Shown here one piece after another: positions 9,123 to 17,729 of a stretch of 62,149 nucleotides of DNA (position 1 is its first letter; each line of letters starts with the position of its first letter). The position numbers and the translations under genes were made by a program. A model generated the notes under the pieces. The model had not been told where the DNA came from and made no database searches. It worked only from the letters and a program-made list of their open reading frames with translations. The DNA lies in the sequence record SRR31156797_6875. One strand, 5' to 3'.

Positions 9123-10094
9123 ATGATGAATGATTATATGGTCGGCAGTACGCATTCGCCTTCGACGCAAACAAGTGGCTACAGCTATCAAAGTGTAGTT
9201 ACTACAGTGACTTATCAGAGAACTGAGATAGAGGTGTCGGACAGCACTTCTGTGGAAAGTGACTCTGAAATTGATGCCGTAGAGGGCGGGAGTCTGCTAG
9301 ACAGAGAGCTTATTTTACCTACCCCTGAAAATCTGATGGAAAAAACTTCCCAGCTTTATGAGAGGCTGGACAGTTTTTTTGAAGAGAACGGGATCAAAAA
9401 AGACCCGCCTATTAATATCGACTATTCATACGCAAGTAATAAGGTAGAAATCACCAGCACAAGGGAAGACGCTGAAGAGATCGAAAAGCTCATCAACGAA
9501 GACCCTGAGCTTAAGGAAGAGGTGCGCACAGTTTTAGCTATTGCAAGTCATGTGATGGCTATGTCTGAGAGCATGGCATTTCAGGAAGCTTACCGCAACA
9601 GTAGCAACCCAGAAGCGGTTGTAGATGAGTATTCACACCTATTCAATGACAACAGGAAATATGATGAATTCTCCTTAGCCTACAGTGGAAATGTGACCGA
9701 AGAGTATGAAAAAGCTCAGGAAGAGATGAAGGATGCTGAGACAGAAGAGCTTTATGACAAGATCCACTATCTGCTGCTCTTAGCCTACATTCAGGAAGAC
9801 CCTGAAGAGGAAGAGGAAGAATCTCAGGTTGACGCTGAGACAGGTGTGGCGGAAGACGGCAAGATACTTGATCAGAATGACCCTAAGTATGAATATATGA
9901 AACTTATGAGGGATATCAAGCGTGTTCAGGATGAAGCTCTTGAGAAGTATGGCAATGATAAGAACAAATACGCTATGGCTATCGAAAGCTACAGCATGAT
10001 GCTTAAAAGAGATGAGACTGGTCATACCGAAAAGATTCACACAAACGGAGCTGTGAGTCAGGAAGATAATGATGAAGAGACTGAAGAAGCATAA
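9123..10094 (+). CDS. Uncharacterised acidic protein, paralog 1 of tandem family
   Basis: Strong RBS; S/T-rich N-terminus; shared core LYERLDSFFEENGIKKDPP...REDAEEIEKLINEDPE...FQEAYRNSSNPEAVVDEYSHLF; extra acidic C-terminal part. Confidence 0.8.
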   Translation: MMNDYMVGSTHSPSTQTSGYSYQSVVTTVTYQRTEIEVSDSTSVESDSEIDAVEGGSLLDRELILPTPENLMEKTSQLYERLDSFFEENGIKKDPPINIDYSYASNKVEITSTREDAEEIEKLINEDPELKEEVRTVLAIASHVMAMSESMAFQEAYRNSSNPEAVVDEYSHLFNDNRKYDEFSLAYSGNVTEEYEKAQEEMKDAETEELYDKIHYLLLLAYIQEDPEEEEEESQVDAETGVAEDGKILDQNDPKYEYMKLMRDIKRVQDEALEKYGNDKNKYAMAIESYSMMLKRDETGHTEKIHTNGAVSQEDNDEETEEA

Positions 10095-10105
10095 GGGTAT
10101 AGATC

Positions 10106-10750
10106 ATGAATAGTGTTAATTCAGCTAGTGCAGCTTACATAGCTTACGATATTTCGAGTTCCAACGAACAGCGTAAAACCACTACATGTTGCGCTTATCA
10201 GAGCACAACAGAAGAGGTTGACGCTGGTAAAGAGGCGACCACTTCAGGGACTATTTTAAAGGGAGAAGATCTCAATTTCCCAACGCCTAAAAGCCTTATG
10301 GAAGATACAGCGGTTATTTACAATCGACTTGACGAGTTATTCGAAGAGAATGGTTTTGAAAAGAACCCGCCTGTAAGCTTTGATGTTAAAGAGAATGGCG
10401 AGATAATAGTAACTGGTGACAGAGATGATTTGGAAGATATAGAGAAGTTGGTAAATGAAGATCCAGAGATTAAGAGGCAGATCCAAAATGTAATCGCCTC
10501 CTCTGAGTTGATAACTAAATTAGCAAGGAGCGTCGAATACAGTAATGCCATTGCTAACAGCGACGACCCAAACTCTATTGCTGCAAAGTATTCTCGTCAG
10601 GTTGGTGTCAGCAGCGAAGCCATAGATTATCTACTAAATTATGGCGAAGGATACAGTGATAAGGCGGCTAGTTATCTTGAAGATTCAGAAATCTTCAGTC
10701 AGAACGGAACAGACTTTGAAAGCTACGGCTTTATGGTAAAGAAAAGCTAA
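10106..10750 (+). CDS. Uncharacterised protein, paralog 2
   Basis: Core IYNRLDELFEENGFEKNPP...RDDLEDIEKLVNEDPE...NSDDPNSIAAKYS. Confidence 0.8.
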   Translation: MNSVNSASAAYIAYDISSSNEQRKTTTCCAYQSTTEEVDAGKEATTSGTILKGEDLNFPTPKSLMEDTAVIYNRLDELFEENGFEKNPPVSFDVKENGEIIVTGDRDDLEDIEKLVNEDPEIKRQIQNVIASSELITKLARSVEYSNAIANSDDPNSIAAKYSRQVGVSSEAIDYLLNYGEGYSDKAASYLEDSEIFSQNGTDFESYGFMVKKS

Positions 10751-10783
10751 AATATATATCCGAGTCAGAGAAGGAGATAAGCG

Positions 10784-11389
10784 ATGAATAACGGACTTAT
10801 GGTCGATAACTTATTTAATGCTTCCACGCAGAAGGGTGAGTGCAAGAGTAAAGATTCAGAATTATCAGATAAGTTTCAGAGTGCGCTAGCTGAACTTATG
10901 GGCGGCGAAAATGTGAGTATTTCTGTTAAGCAGACAACTGTGACAGGTACATCCTTTTGCAGTGAGGGACTCAGACCGCAAGAAGCGAGCTTGAAAGATT
11001 TAACCTCACAGCTTTACGAGATGCTGGATGCACTTTTCGAAAAGCACGGGATAAGGAAAGACCCGCCTGTCAGGGTAGAATACTCGTACACAAAGACAGA
11101 GGTGCAGATTATCGGTGACAGGGAAGATGTGGAAGAGATTCAAAGGCTTATCAATGAAGACCCTGATATAAAAGGTAAAATTCAAAAAGTTATGGCAATA
11201 GCCAGCAGTGTTATCAACATGGCTGAAACTCTCGCTTTTCAAAGTGAATATCGAGGCTCTGATGATCCTAAAGCTATTGTGGACAAGTTCAGCCATCTCT
11301 TTAAAGAAGAGAGAGGAATGCACAGACCAACCCTTGAGTATGGAGAGGAACCTTTCCTCTTATCGGACGGAAAAAAGTATCATTTATAG
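10784..11389 (+). CDS. Uncharacterised protein, paralog 3
   Basis: AGGAG RBS; core LYEMLDALFEKHGIRKDPP...REDVEEIQRLINEDPD...FQSEYRGSDDPKAIVDKFSHLF. Confidence 0.8.
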   Translation: MNNGLMVDNLFNASTQKGECKSKDSELSDKFQSALAELMGGENVSISVKQTTVTGTSFCSEGLRPQEASLKDLTSQLYEMLDALFEKHGIRKDPPVRVEYSYTKTEVQIIGDREDVEEIQRLINEDPDIKGKIQKVMAIASSVINMAETLAFQSEYRGSDDPKAIVDKFSHLFKEERGMHRPTLEYGEEPFLLSDGKKYHL

Positions 11390-11401
11390 ACATTTAAAAA
11401 C

Positions 11402-11417
11402 TGGCGCACCTCTTGCT
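11402..11417 (+). promoter_or_regulatory. Putative sigma54 promoter of paralog 4
   Basis: TGGCGCACCTCTTGCT, close to the TGGCAC-N5-TTGC consensus, upstream of a GAGGTG RBS. Confidence 0.7.
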
Positions 11418-11440
11418 TTATACAGGGTGAGAGGTGCGTT

Positions 11441-11971
11441 ATGGACAGTAAAGTATCTAATTCGACAGTAGATATCAATAAACACAGAGCAAATTTAAGC
11501 ATCGTTCAAAATATTGATGCATCAGCGCTTTTGCTCGACACTTTAAACGGTTTTGACGATGTGGAGAAACTTGAAAACATAGCAGTAAATGAAGAGGAAG
11601 CATTAAGTATTGCTGAGTCTTTTCTGCCGAGTTTAGAGAACATCATGGTATTCTCTTCCTATCTGAAAGACAGAATCCAATTTATATTAAACATGAACGG
11701 TATAGCTAACGATCCAGCTTTTGAGATCGACCTCAGCCGCAGCAGAAAGAAGCTGCAGATAAGCGGCAGGAAAGAATCGAGAAAGATTAGCCGCCTGCTT
11801 AACTCTGATGAAGAGGTTAGGGATGGGATGGTGACACTTCTCAGCATAGCAGAGCAGACATACAGCCTGCTTATGGCTTTGGATGAGAAAACATCTGACT
11901 TTACCACCAGAGGGAAAGTTTTCTACCTCTATGGCGACGGCTATCTAAGCCTTTACAAAGAAGAAGTATAG
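11441..11971 (+). CDS. Uncharacterised protein, divergent paralog 4
   Basis: LPSLEN..YLKDRIQFILNMNGIANDPAF...ISRLLNSDEEVR...LLSIA aligns by eye with the core of paralogs 1-3. Confidence 0.72.
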   Translation: MDSKVSNSTVDINKHRANLSIVQNIDASALLLDTLNGFDDVEKLENIAVNEEEALSIAESFLPSLENIMVFSSYLKDRIQFILNMNGIANDPAFEIDLSRSRKKLQISGRKESRKISRLLNSDEEVRDGMVTLLSIAEQTYSLLMALDEKTSDFTTRGKVFYLYGDGYLSLYKEEV

Positions 11972-11984
11972 CAGTTTTTAACCA

Positions 11985-12074
11985 GTCATTCTGAGGGAGT
12001 GAAGCGACCGTAAGAATCTAAGCCCATTGATTATTCGACGGCTTTAGATCCTTCAGCTAAAGCTTCTGGATGAC
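11985..12074. repeat. Pair of inverted REP-like elements (GTCAT family)
   Basis: 11985-12019 GTCATTCTGAGGGAGTGAAGCGACCGTAAGAATCT; 12046-12074 rc GTCATCCAGAAGCTTTAGCTGAAGGATCT, nearly identical to 5599-5627. Confidence 0.8.
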
Positions 12075-12084
12075 AGAAAGAAAC

Positions 12085-12112
12085 AAAAAAGGCTCCCGAA
12101 AGAGGGAGCCTT
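12085..12112 (-). terminator. Rho-independent terminator downstream of glyQ
   Basis: Minus strand GGCTCCC-TCTTTC-GGGAGCC followed by TTTTTT. Confidence 0.8.
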
Positions 12113-12118
12113 AATATT

Positions 12119-12224
12119 ATCAACTGTGTATCATTTTATACTGCCTAGCTTTACACTCCCTATGGTCGTTTGATGTAATTATCAGCCGACTAGCAGGAGA
12201 CGTAAAAGTGGCGGCACAAAAGAT
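12119..12224. ncRNA. Candidate rod-shaped structured RNA (6S-like end motifs on + strand)
   Basis: Nested complementary segments TGAT/ATCA, GTCG/CGAC, CTCC/GGAG, TTTAC/GTAAA, TGTGT/GCACA; ends in GGCGGCACA. Confidence 0.35.
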
Positions 12225-12228
12225 TTCT

Positions 12229-13116
12229 CTATTTCGCCTCTGGCTGCTTAGCCAGCAGGGGAAAGCCGAGCTCTTCTCTGTGTGCGAGATAGTTTTCAGC
12301 ACACATCTTAGCGAGGTTACGCACACGTGCGATGTAACCTGTACGCTCAGTTACAGAGATAGCGTTCCTAGCATCGAGCAGGTTGAAAGTGTGGCTGCAT
12401 TTCAGGCAATAGTCGTACGCCGGAAGCGGAAGCCCCTTATCGTTAATGCTTATGCACTCCTTCTCATACATTTCGAAAAGTTTGAAAAGCATATCAACGT
12501 CAGCATGCTCAAAGTTGTGAGCGGAGAATTGAACCTCGTTAGCGTGGTAAACGTCGCCGTAAGTCACGCCCTCTTTGTTCCACTTAAGGTCGTAAACAGA
12601 CTCAACTCCCTGAAGGTACATACAGATACGCTCAAGCCCGTATGTGATTTCACCGGAGACAGGTTTAAGGTCTATACCACCCGCCTGCTGGAAGTATGTG
12701 AACTGAGTGATCTCCATTCCGTCGAGCCAGACTTCCCATCCGAGTCCCCATGCGCCTAGGGTTGGTGATTCCCAGTCGTCCTCGACAAATCTGATGTCGT
12801 GGTCTTTAGGGTCAACGCCGAGCTCTTTCAGCGACTCAAGGTAGAGCTCCTGAATGTTGTCCGGTGACGGCTTCAGGATAACCTGAAACTGGTAGTAGTG
12901 CTGGAGCCTGTTAGGGTTTTCACCGTAGCGACCGTCAGTAGGGCGGCGGCTAGGCTCAACATAGGCAACATTCCAAGGCTCAGGACCGAGGCATCTGAGG
13001 AAGGTTGCAGGGTTAAATGTTCCCGCACCCACCTCTATATCGTAAGGCTGATAGATTATGCATCCTCTGTCAGCCCAAAATTGCTGAAGTTTCAGTATTA
13101 CATCCTGAAAATACAT
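12229..13116 (-). CDS. glyQ: Glycine-tRNA ligase alpha subunit
   Basis: [44 protein letters not shown] and EITYGLER motifs; AAGGAG RBS before ATG 13116. Confidence 0.98.
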   Translation of the reverse strand: MYFQDVILKLQQFWADRGCIIYQPYDIEVGAGTFNPATFLRCLGPEPWNVAYVEPSRRPTDGRYGENPNRLQHYYQFQVILKPSPDNIQELYLESLKELGVDPKDHDIRFVEDDWESPTLGAWGLGWEVWLDGMEITQFTYFQQAGGIDLKPVSGEITYGLERICMYLQGVESVYDLKWNKEGVTYGDVYHANEVQFSAHNFEHADVDMLFKLFEMYEKECISINDKGLPLPAYDYCLKCSHTFNLLDARNAISVTERTGYIARVRNLAKMCAENYLAHREELGFPLLAKQPEAK

Positions 13117-13264
13117 TTTATTGTTGCTCCTTTGATTTAATAAAGTTATGTACCTTCGCAAAGCCCCGTTGGGCTTTGACTATTAATATCTAGTAAGCGA
13201 CCGAATGGAGCGTACAAACTAGGTACGATATGTACGGTCACAGTCTAGTGTTTTACCACAAGTG

Positions 13265-14485
13265 CTACTTGTTATTCAATTTTACTCTGTTGGCGTGTGC
13301 TCTGAGCGGCAGTGCGTGAAGTTTAATAAATCCTTCTGCATCCGTCTGATCGTAAGCGCCGTCATCATCTTCCATAGAAGCTATCTGCTCATCATAGAGA
13401 GAGAAGGTAGACTGGCGTCCGATGCATGTGATGTTGCCTTTATAAAGCTCAAGCTTAACTGTACCGTTAACATACTGCTGTGTGTTTTCGAGAAGTGCAA
13501 GCATAGCGTCCATCTCAGGGCAGTACCAGTAGCCGTTGTAAGTCATAGTAGCGAACCTAGGCATAAGTGACTCTTTCAGGTTGATGGTTCCGCCGTCGAG
13601 AGTTAGTGCTTCGAGGTCTCTGTGCGCAGCGTAAAGTATTGTTCCGCCTGGTGTCTCGTAAACACCACGGGATTTCATACCAACATATCTGCTCTCTACC
13701 ATATCTATACGTCCGACACCGTGCTTACCGCCGATTTCGTTCAGCTTGCGGAGCATTTCAGCAGGTGAAAGAGCCTCGCCGTTAAGCTTAACAGCCTCAC
13801 CTTTGTTGAATTCAATCTCTACAATTTCTGATTCATCAGGAGCATCTTTCGGATCAACTGAATACTCAAACATATCCTTTGGAGGTCTTACGTTCGGGTC
13901 TTCAAGGATACCAGCTTCGAAGCTGATGTGGAGAAGATTGTCATCAGAGCTCCAAGGCTGTGAAACAGTAGCCTTAACAGGGATGCCGTGCTCTTCTGCG
14001 AAGTCCATAGCTTCCTTACGTCCTTTGATCTTGTTAAAGAACTCCGGGATACGCCAAGGAACGATTGTTTTAAGCGCAGGGTCGAGTGCGGCAGCGGAAA
14101 GCTCGAATCTTACCTGATCGTTACCTTTGCCTGTTGCACCGTGAGCGAGGAATTTCGCCCCTACTTTATTAGCAACTTCAACCATACCTTTTGTGATAAT
14201 AGGTCTGGCGAGTGAAGTGCCTAGAAGGTATCGCCCTTCGTAAAGAGCGTTGAATTTTACAGCCGGGAAGACGTAATCTTTTACGAATTCTTCTTTAAGG
14301 TCGAGTGCGAAGAAATCCACCGCACCGGAAGCCATAGCTTTTTCACGGATAGCGTCCACGTCTGGGAGCTGACCGAGGTCTGCTACGTATGCTACTACAT
14401 CGTACCCCTTGAGTTGGAGCCACTTCAGGATAACTGATGTGTCCAGACCGCCGGAATAAGCTAATACTACTTTATCTTTTGCCAT
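13265..14485 (-). CDS. argG: Argininosuccinate synthase
   Basis: LAYSGGLDTS, HGATGKGNDQVRFE and KSRGVYETPG motifs. Confidence 0.98.
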   Translation of the reverse strand: MAKDKVVLAYSGGLDTSVILKWLQLKGYDVVAYVADLGQLPDVDAIREKAMASGAVDFFALDLKEEFVKDYVFPAVKFNALYEGRYLLGTSLARPIITKGMVEVANKVGAKFLAHGATGKGNDQVRFELSAAALDPALKTIVPWRIPEFFNKIKGRKEAMDFAEEHGIPVKATVSQPWSSDDNLLHISFEAGILEDPNVRPPKDMFEYSVDPKDAPDESEIVEIEFNKGEAVKLNGEALSPAEMLRKLNEIGGKHGVGRIDMVESRYVGMKSRGVYETPGGTILYAAHRDLEALTLDGGTINLKESLMPRFATMTYNGYWYCPEMDAMLALLENTQQYVNGTVKLELYKGNITCIGRQSTFSLYDEQIASMEDDDGAYDQTDAEGFIKLHALPLRAHANRVKLNNK

Positions 14486-14558
14486 TTATTTGGTCCTCCG
14501 AAAATCATTGATTATGTATTATATGTCACTCTAAGTGCTCCTCAGCATGACTATATTG

Positions 14559-15476
14559 TTATTTCAATACTTTTAGCATTACTGCTTTCTGAGCGTGGAG
14601 CCTGTTTTCCGCCTCGTCCCAGATGATAGAAGCGTCAGATTCGTAAACTTCCTCTGTAACTTCCTGACCTATATATGCAGGGAGGCAGTGCATAAAATAT
14701 GACTTCTTCCCAGTGGCATCCATAAGTTTTTTGTCCACCTGATAACCTTGGAAAACTTTCTGGCGTTCAGCCTTCTCCTCTTCCTGACCCATGCTTGCCC
14801 ATGTGTCTGTGATGATAATATCAGTACCTCGAACAGCTTCGTGAGGCTCACGTACAAGTTCGATCTTTGCCCCTGTCTCCTTGGCTACTTTCACTGCACC
14901 TTCGACAACGCGCGGTTTGCACTCGTACCCTTCAGGTGAAGCGACTGTTATGTCCATACCGAACTTAGCCGCTCCGTAAAGCCAGCTCTGCGCCATGTTA
15001 TTTCCGTCACCAATGAAAGCGACTTTAACATCGTAAGTGCCTGTGTGCTCATATATTGTCTGCACATCAGCCATTACCTGACACGGGTGGAAATCGTCAG
15101 TGAGTCCGTTAATAACAGGAACATCTGCATACTCTGCAAGCTCCTCTATTATATCATGCCCTTTTGTTCTTATCATTATTCCGTCTACATATCTTGAGAG
15201 TGTGCGTGCAGTGTCTTTAACTGTTTCACCACGTCCGAGCTGGATGTCGTTAGAGCTTAAGTAAAGCGGATAACCGCCAAGCTCATACATGCCGACCTCG
15301 AAAGAAACTCTTGTTCTTGTGGACGGTTTCTCAAAGATCATCGCCAGCTTTTTACCTTCTAGCAGGTGATGTCTCACGTTATTTTTATTCTCTTTCTTGA
15401 GCCTGATAGCTGTGTCGATCATCTCTTTCAGCTCGTCTGTGCTCCAGTCTTTGAGTGTTAAAAAATCTCTCTTCAT
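14559..15476 (-). CDS. argF: Ornithine carbamoyltransferase
   Basis: FEKPSTRTRVSFE, HPCQ, DTWASMG, HCLP and EAENRLH motifs. Confidence 0.97.
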   Translation of the reverse strand: MKRDFLTLKDWSTDELKEMIDTAIRLKKENKNNVRHHLLEGKKLAMIFEKPSTRTRVSFEVGMYELGGYPLYLSSNDIQLGRGETVKDTARTLSRYVDGIMIRTKGHDIIEELAEYADVPVINGLTDDFHPCQVMADVQTIYEHTGTYDVKVAFIGDGNNMAQSWLYGAAKFGMDITVASPEGYECKPRVVEGAVKVAKETGAKIELVREPHEAVRGTDIIITDTWASMGQEEEKAERQKVFQGYQVDKKLMDATGKKSYFMHCLPAYIGQEVTEEVYESDASIIWDEAENRLHAQKAVMLKVLK

Positions 15477-15478
15477 AA

Positions 15479-16648
15479 TTAGCCTCCAAGCCCTAGTTCT
15501 GCGGCTGTTCTGCTGATTATCTCAAGACCTGCATCCAGATCTTCCTGTGAGATAGTTAGTGAAGGATAAATCCTCACAACATCGTTGCCAGCCGGAACCA
15601 GCAGGAGCTTATTGTCTATCGCCTTAGAGATAAACTCCTTCTGCTTATTCGGAACTTTTATCCCGAGCATCATGCCCATACCGAGCACGGTTACGTCAGA
15701 ATTTTCAAATATATTTTCTAGGGCTTCGCTCATATAAGCGCCCTTGTCTCTAACATCTTCTAAGAAGCTCTCTTCGTCCATGATGTCAAACACAGCCTCA
15801 GCAGCGGCACATGCGAGAAAATTCCCGCCGAAAGTCGTACCGTGTGTACCCGGTGTGAAATACTTGGAGAATTCAGGCTTAGCTATCACAGCTCCCATAG
15901 GGAAGCCGTTCGCTATACCTTTCGCCAGTGTCATCACGTCAGGCTCAACGCTGAAATGCTCGTATGCGAAGAACTCACCCGTTCTGCAAAAAGCTGTCTG
16001 TATCTCATCCATGATGAGGAGTACGTCATTATCTTTGCAAAGGTTTGCGCACTTTTTCAGGTACTCGCCGTCTATCATAGATAGTCCGCCTTCCCCCTGA
16101 ACAAGCTCAACCATAAAAGCAACAACGTCACCCTTAGCTATCTCCGCTTCAAGGGCGGAGAAATCGTTCACAGGTATATGGGTGAAGAAGTCTGCCACAG
16201 GCTCGAACCCCTTCTTTATCTTTTCCTGCCCAGTTGCGGACAGTGTCATAAATGATCTGCCGTGGAAAGAGTTTTCAAGGGTGACAACCCTCAGCTTCTT
16301 ACCCTTATGCTTCTCATTTCCGTATATCCTTGCGAGTTTAAGAGCGGCTTCGTTCGCCTCCAGCCCTGAGTTGCAAAAGAATACGTCACCACCAAAGGAT
16401 CGTCGGCTAAGTTTATCCGCAATTCGCTCCTGTACAGGGATGCTGTATAGGTTAGATGTGTGGATAAGCGTGCCTGCCTGCTTGCTGATCGCCTCAGTTA
16501 CAGCCGGATGACTGTGACCTAGATTAACAACAGATATGCCGCTTCCAAAGTCGAAGTAAACTTCGCCCTTGTCGTCTGTAAGTCTGCACCCTTCGCCTTT
16601 CACAAATGTGAGCGGATAGCGTGCATAGTTTTGAAATACTGCGGACAT
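15479..16648 (-). CDS. argD: Acetylornithine aminotransferase
   Basis: FCNSGLEANEAALKLAR, SFHGR, DEIQT, AKGIANGFP and HGTTFGGN motifs; in an operon with argF and argG. Confidence 0.95.
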   Translation of the reverse strand: MSAVFQNYARYPLTFVKGEGCRLTDDKGEVYFDFGSGISVVNLGHSHPAVTEAISKQAGTLIHTSNLYSIPVQERIADKLSRRSFGGDVFFCNSGLEANEAALKLARIYGNEKHKGKKLRVVTLENSFHGRSFMTLSATGQEKIKKGFEPVADFFTHIPVNDFSALEAEIAKGDVVAFMVELVQGEGGLSMIDGEYLKKCANLCKDNDVLLIMDEIQTAFCRTGEFFAYEHFSVEPDVMTLAKGIANGFPMGAVIAKPEFSKYFTPGTHGTTFGGNFLACAAAEAVFDIMDEESFLEDVRDKGAYMSEALENIFENSDVTVLGMGMMLGIKVPNKQKEFISKAIDNKLLLVPAGNDVVRIYPSLTISQEDLDAGLEIISRTAAELGLGG

Positions 16649-16840
16649 ATACCACCTTTATAATGTTAGTTACGCATTAATCGTTTCCGATATGCCTGTG
16701 CTGCTAGCACCTGTGAAACTATTATTAAAAGCACAATCCATCCTTTTGTTCAAGTTTTTTCTAGGAGTATATATATTTTACATCTTTACGATTAATTGAA
16801 GTTCGTCGATAATTGATATAAAATTATTAATGGGGGCATT

Positions 16841-17005
16841 ATGAATTTTTTAGCTAAGACGCCGGTTGACAGATATGCGGGGGCTCACGAGCATTTCAGC
16901 TCCTCCGGTTTTGACATCAAAAAGGTGATCGTTATCCTTGTGGGAGTTGCTATCCTCAGCTTTCTGATTTACTACGCTGTGAAAGATAATGATAAAGATA
17001 GCTAA
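16841..17005 (+). CDS. Small single-pass membrane protein (54 aa), not in ORF track
   Basis: MNFLAKTPVDRYAGAHEHFSSSGFDIKKVIVILVGVAILSFLIYYAVKDNDKDS; GGGGG RBS; overlaps the start of the next gene. Confidence 0.65.
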   Translation: MNFLAKTPVDRYAGAHEHFSSSGFDIKKVIVILVGVAILSFLIYYAVKDNDKDS

Positions 17006-17729
17006 CAGGTTTGCGTTAAACATTATTCTTATTATTACCCTCACTTATTTTTCGTTAATGACGGGCTGGTTCGCATCCTATTCTAACTATTTCTTCTTCC
17101 CTGTTATCTATCAGCTTGAGGATGTGCATGGGCATGTTTTGGAATATGCTCCTAAGAATACTGAAGACAGAGATGATTTTGTCTTTGTAGCACCGAGTAA
17201 ACAGCTAAAAATATTTGGTGAAATAATGCGCTCTGTTGATAGCGAAGGAGAGGGGTTATCTGATATCACCTATCCTGTTAAGGGCGGGCAAAAGAAATTT
17301 CTGACCACTGATGAGATAGTGCATCTTCAGGATATCTCTGATCTTATAAGCAGACTGAAATCACTTGGAAGCCTTATGGCGGTTGCTGGTGTGATCGTAA
17401 TAGGTGTTATAGGGTATAGAAGGATTTTGCCTTATTATATGACAACGCTAATCTGGTATTTCGCTGCTTTATCCGGTGCATTCTGGCTTTGGGTTCAAAA
17501 ATACGGCGTAGTTGAAGTATATTCCAAATTTCACGGCTTAATATTGCCTGTTGATCATAAATGCATGTTCAGCTATGAAGAATCTCTGCTCAGGACGTTT
17601 TTGAAAACGCCTGACGTATTAATGGATTTTGCTATTTTAATGTTTTTTTTGTCTGCTGGTGCTTTTGTAGTTTATTATAAGATGACGCAGGCTGTAATAA
17701 GCCTTATCAGGAATAAATCCCGCTTATAA
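16989..17729 (+). CDS. DUF1461 / Lit-like integral membrane protein
   Basis: About four TM segments with E..HLQD and FH.LI motifs resembling the two conserved His of the lipoprotein intramolecular transacylase family. Confidence 0.65.
   Translation: MIKIANRFALNIILIITLTYFSLMTGWFASYSNYFFFPVIYQLEDVHGHVLEYAPKNTEDRDDFVFVAPSKQLKIFGEIMRSVDSEGEGLSDITYPVKGGQKKFLTTDEIVHLQDISDLISRLKSLGSLMAVAGVIVIGVIGYRRILPYYMTTLIWYFAALSGAFWLWVQKYGVVEVYSKFHGLILPVDHKCMFSYEESLLRTFLKTPDVLMDFAILMFFLSAGAFVVYYKMTQAVISLIRNKSRL

Noticed and set aside
12208-12759. 183-aa plus-strand ORF, and similar long antisense ORFs (e.g. 21241-21849, 24622-25200, 43022-43630, 45134-45733, 60827-61318)
   Set aside because: They lie almost entirely opposite well-supported genes and show no motifs; these are shadow ORFs.
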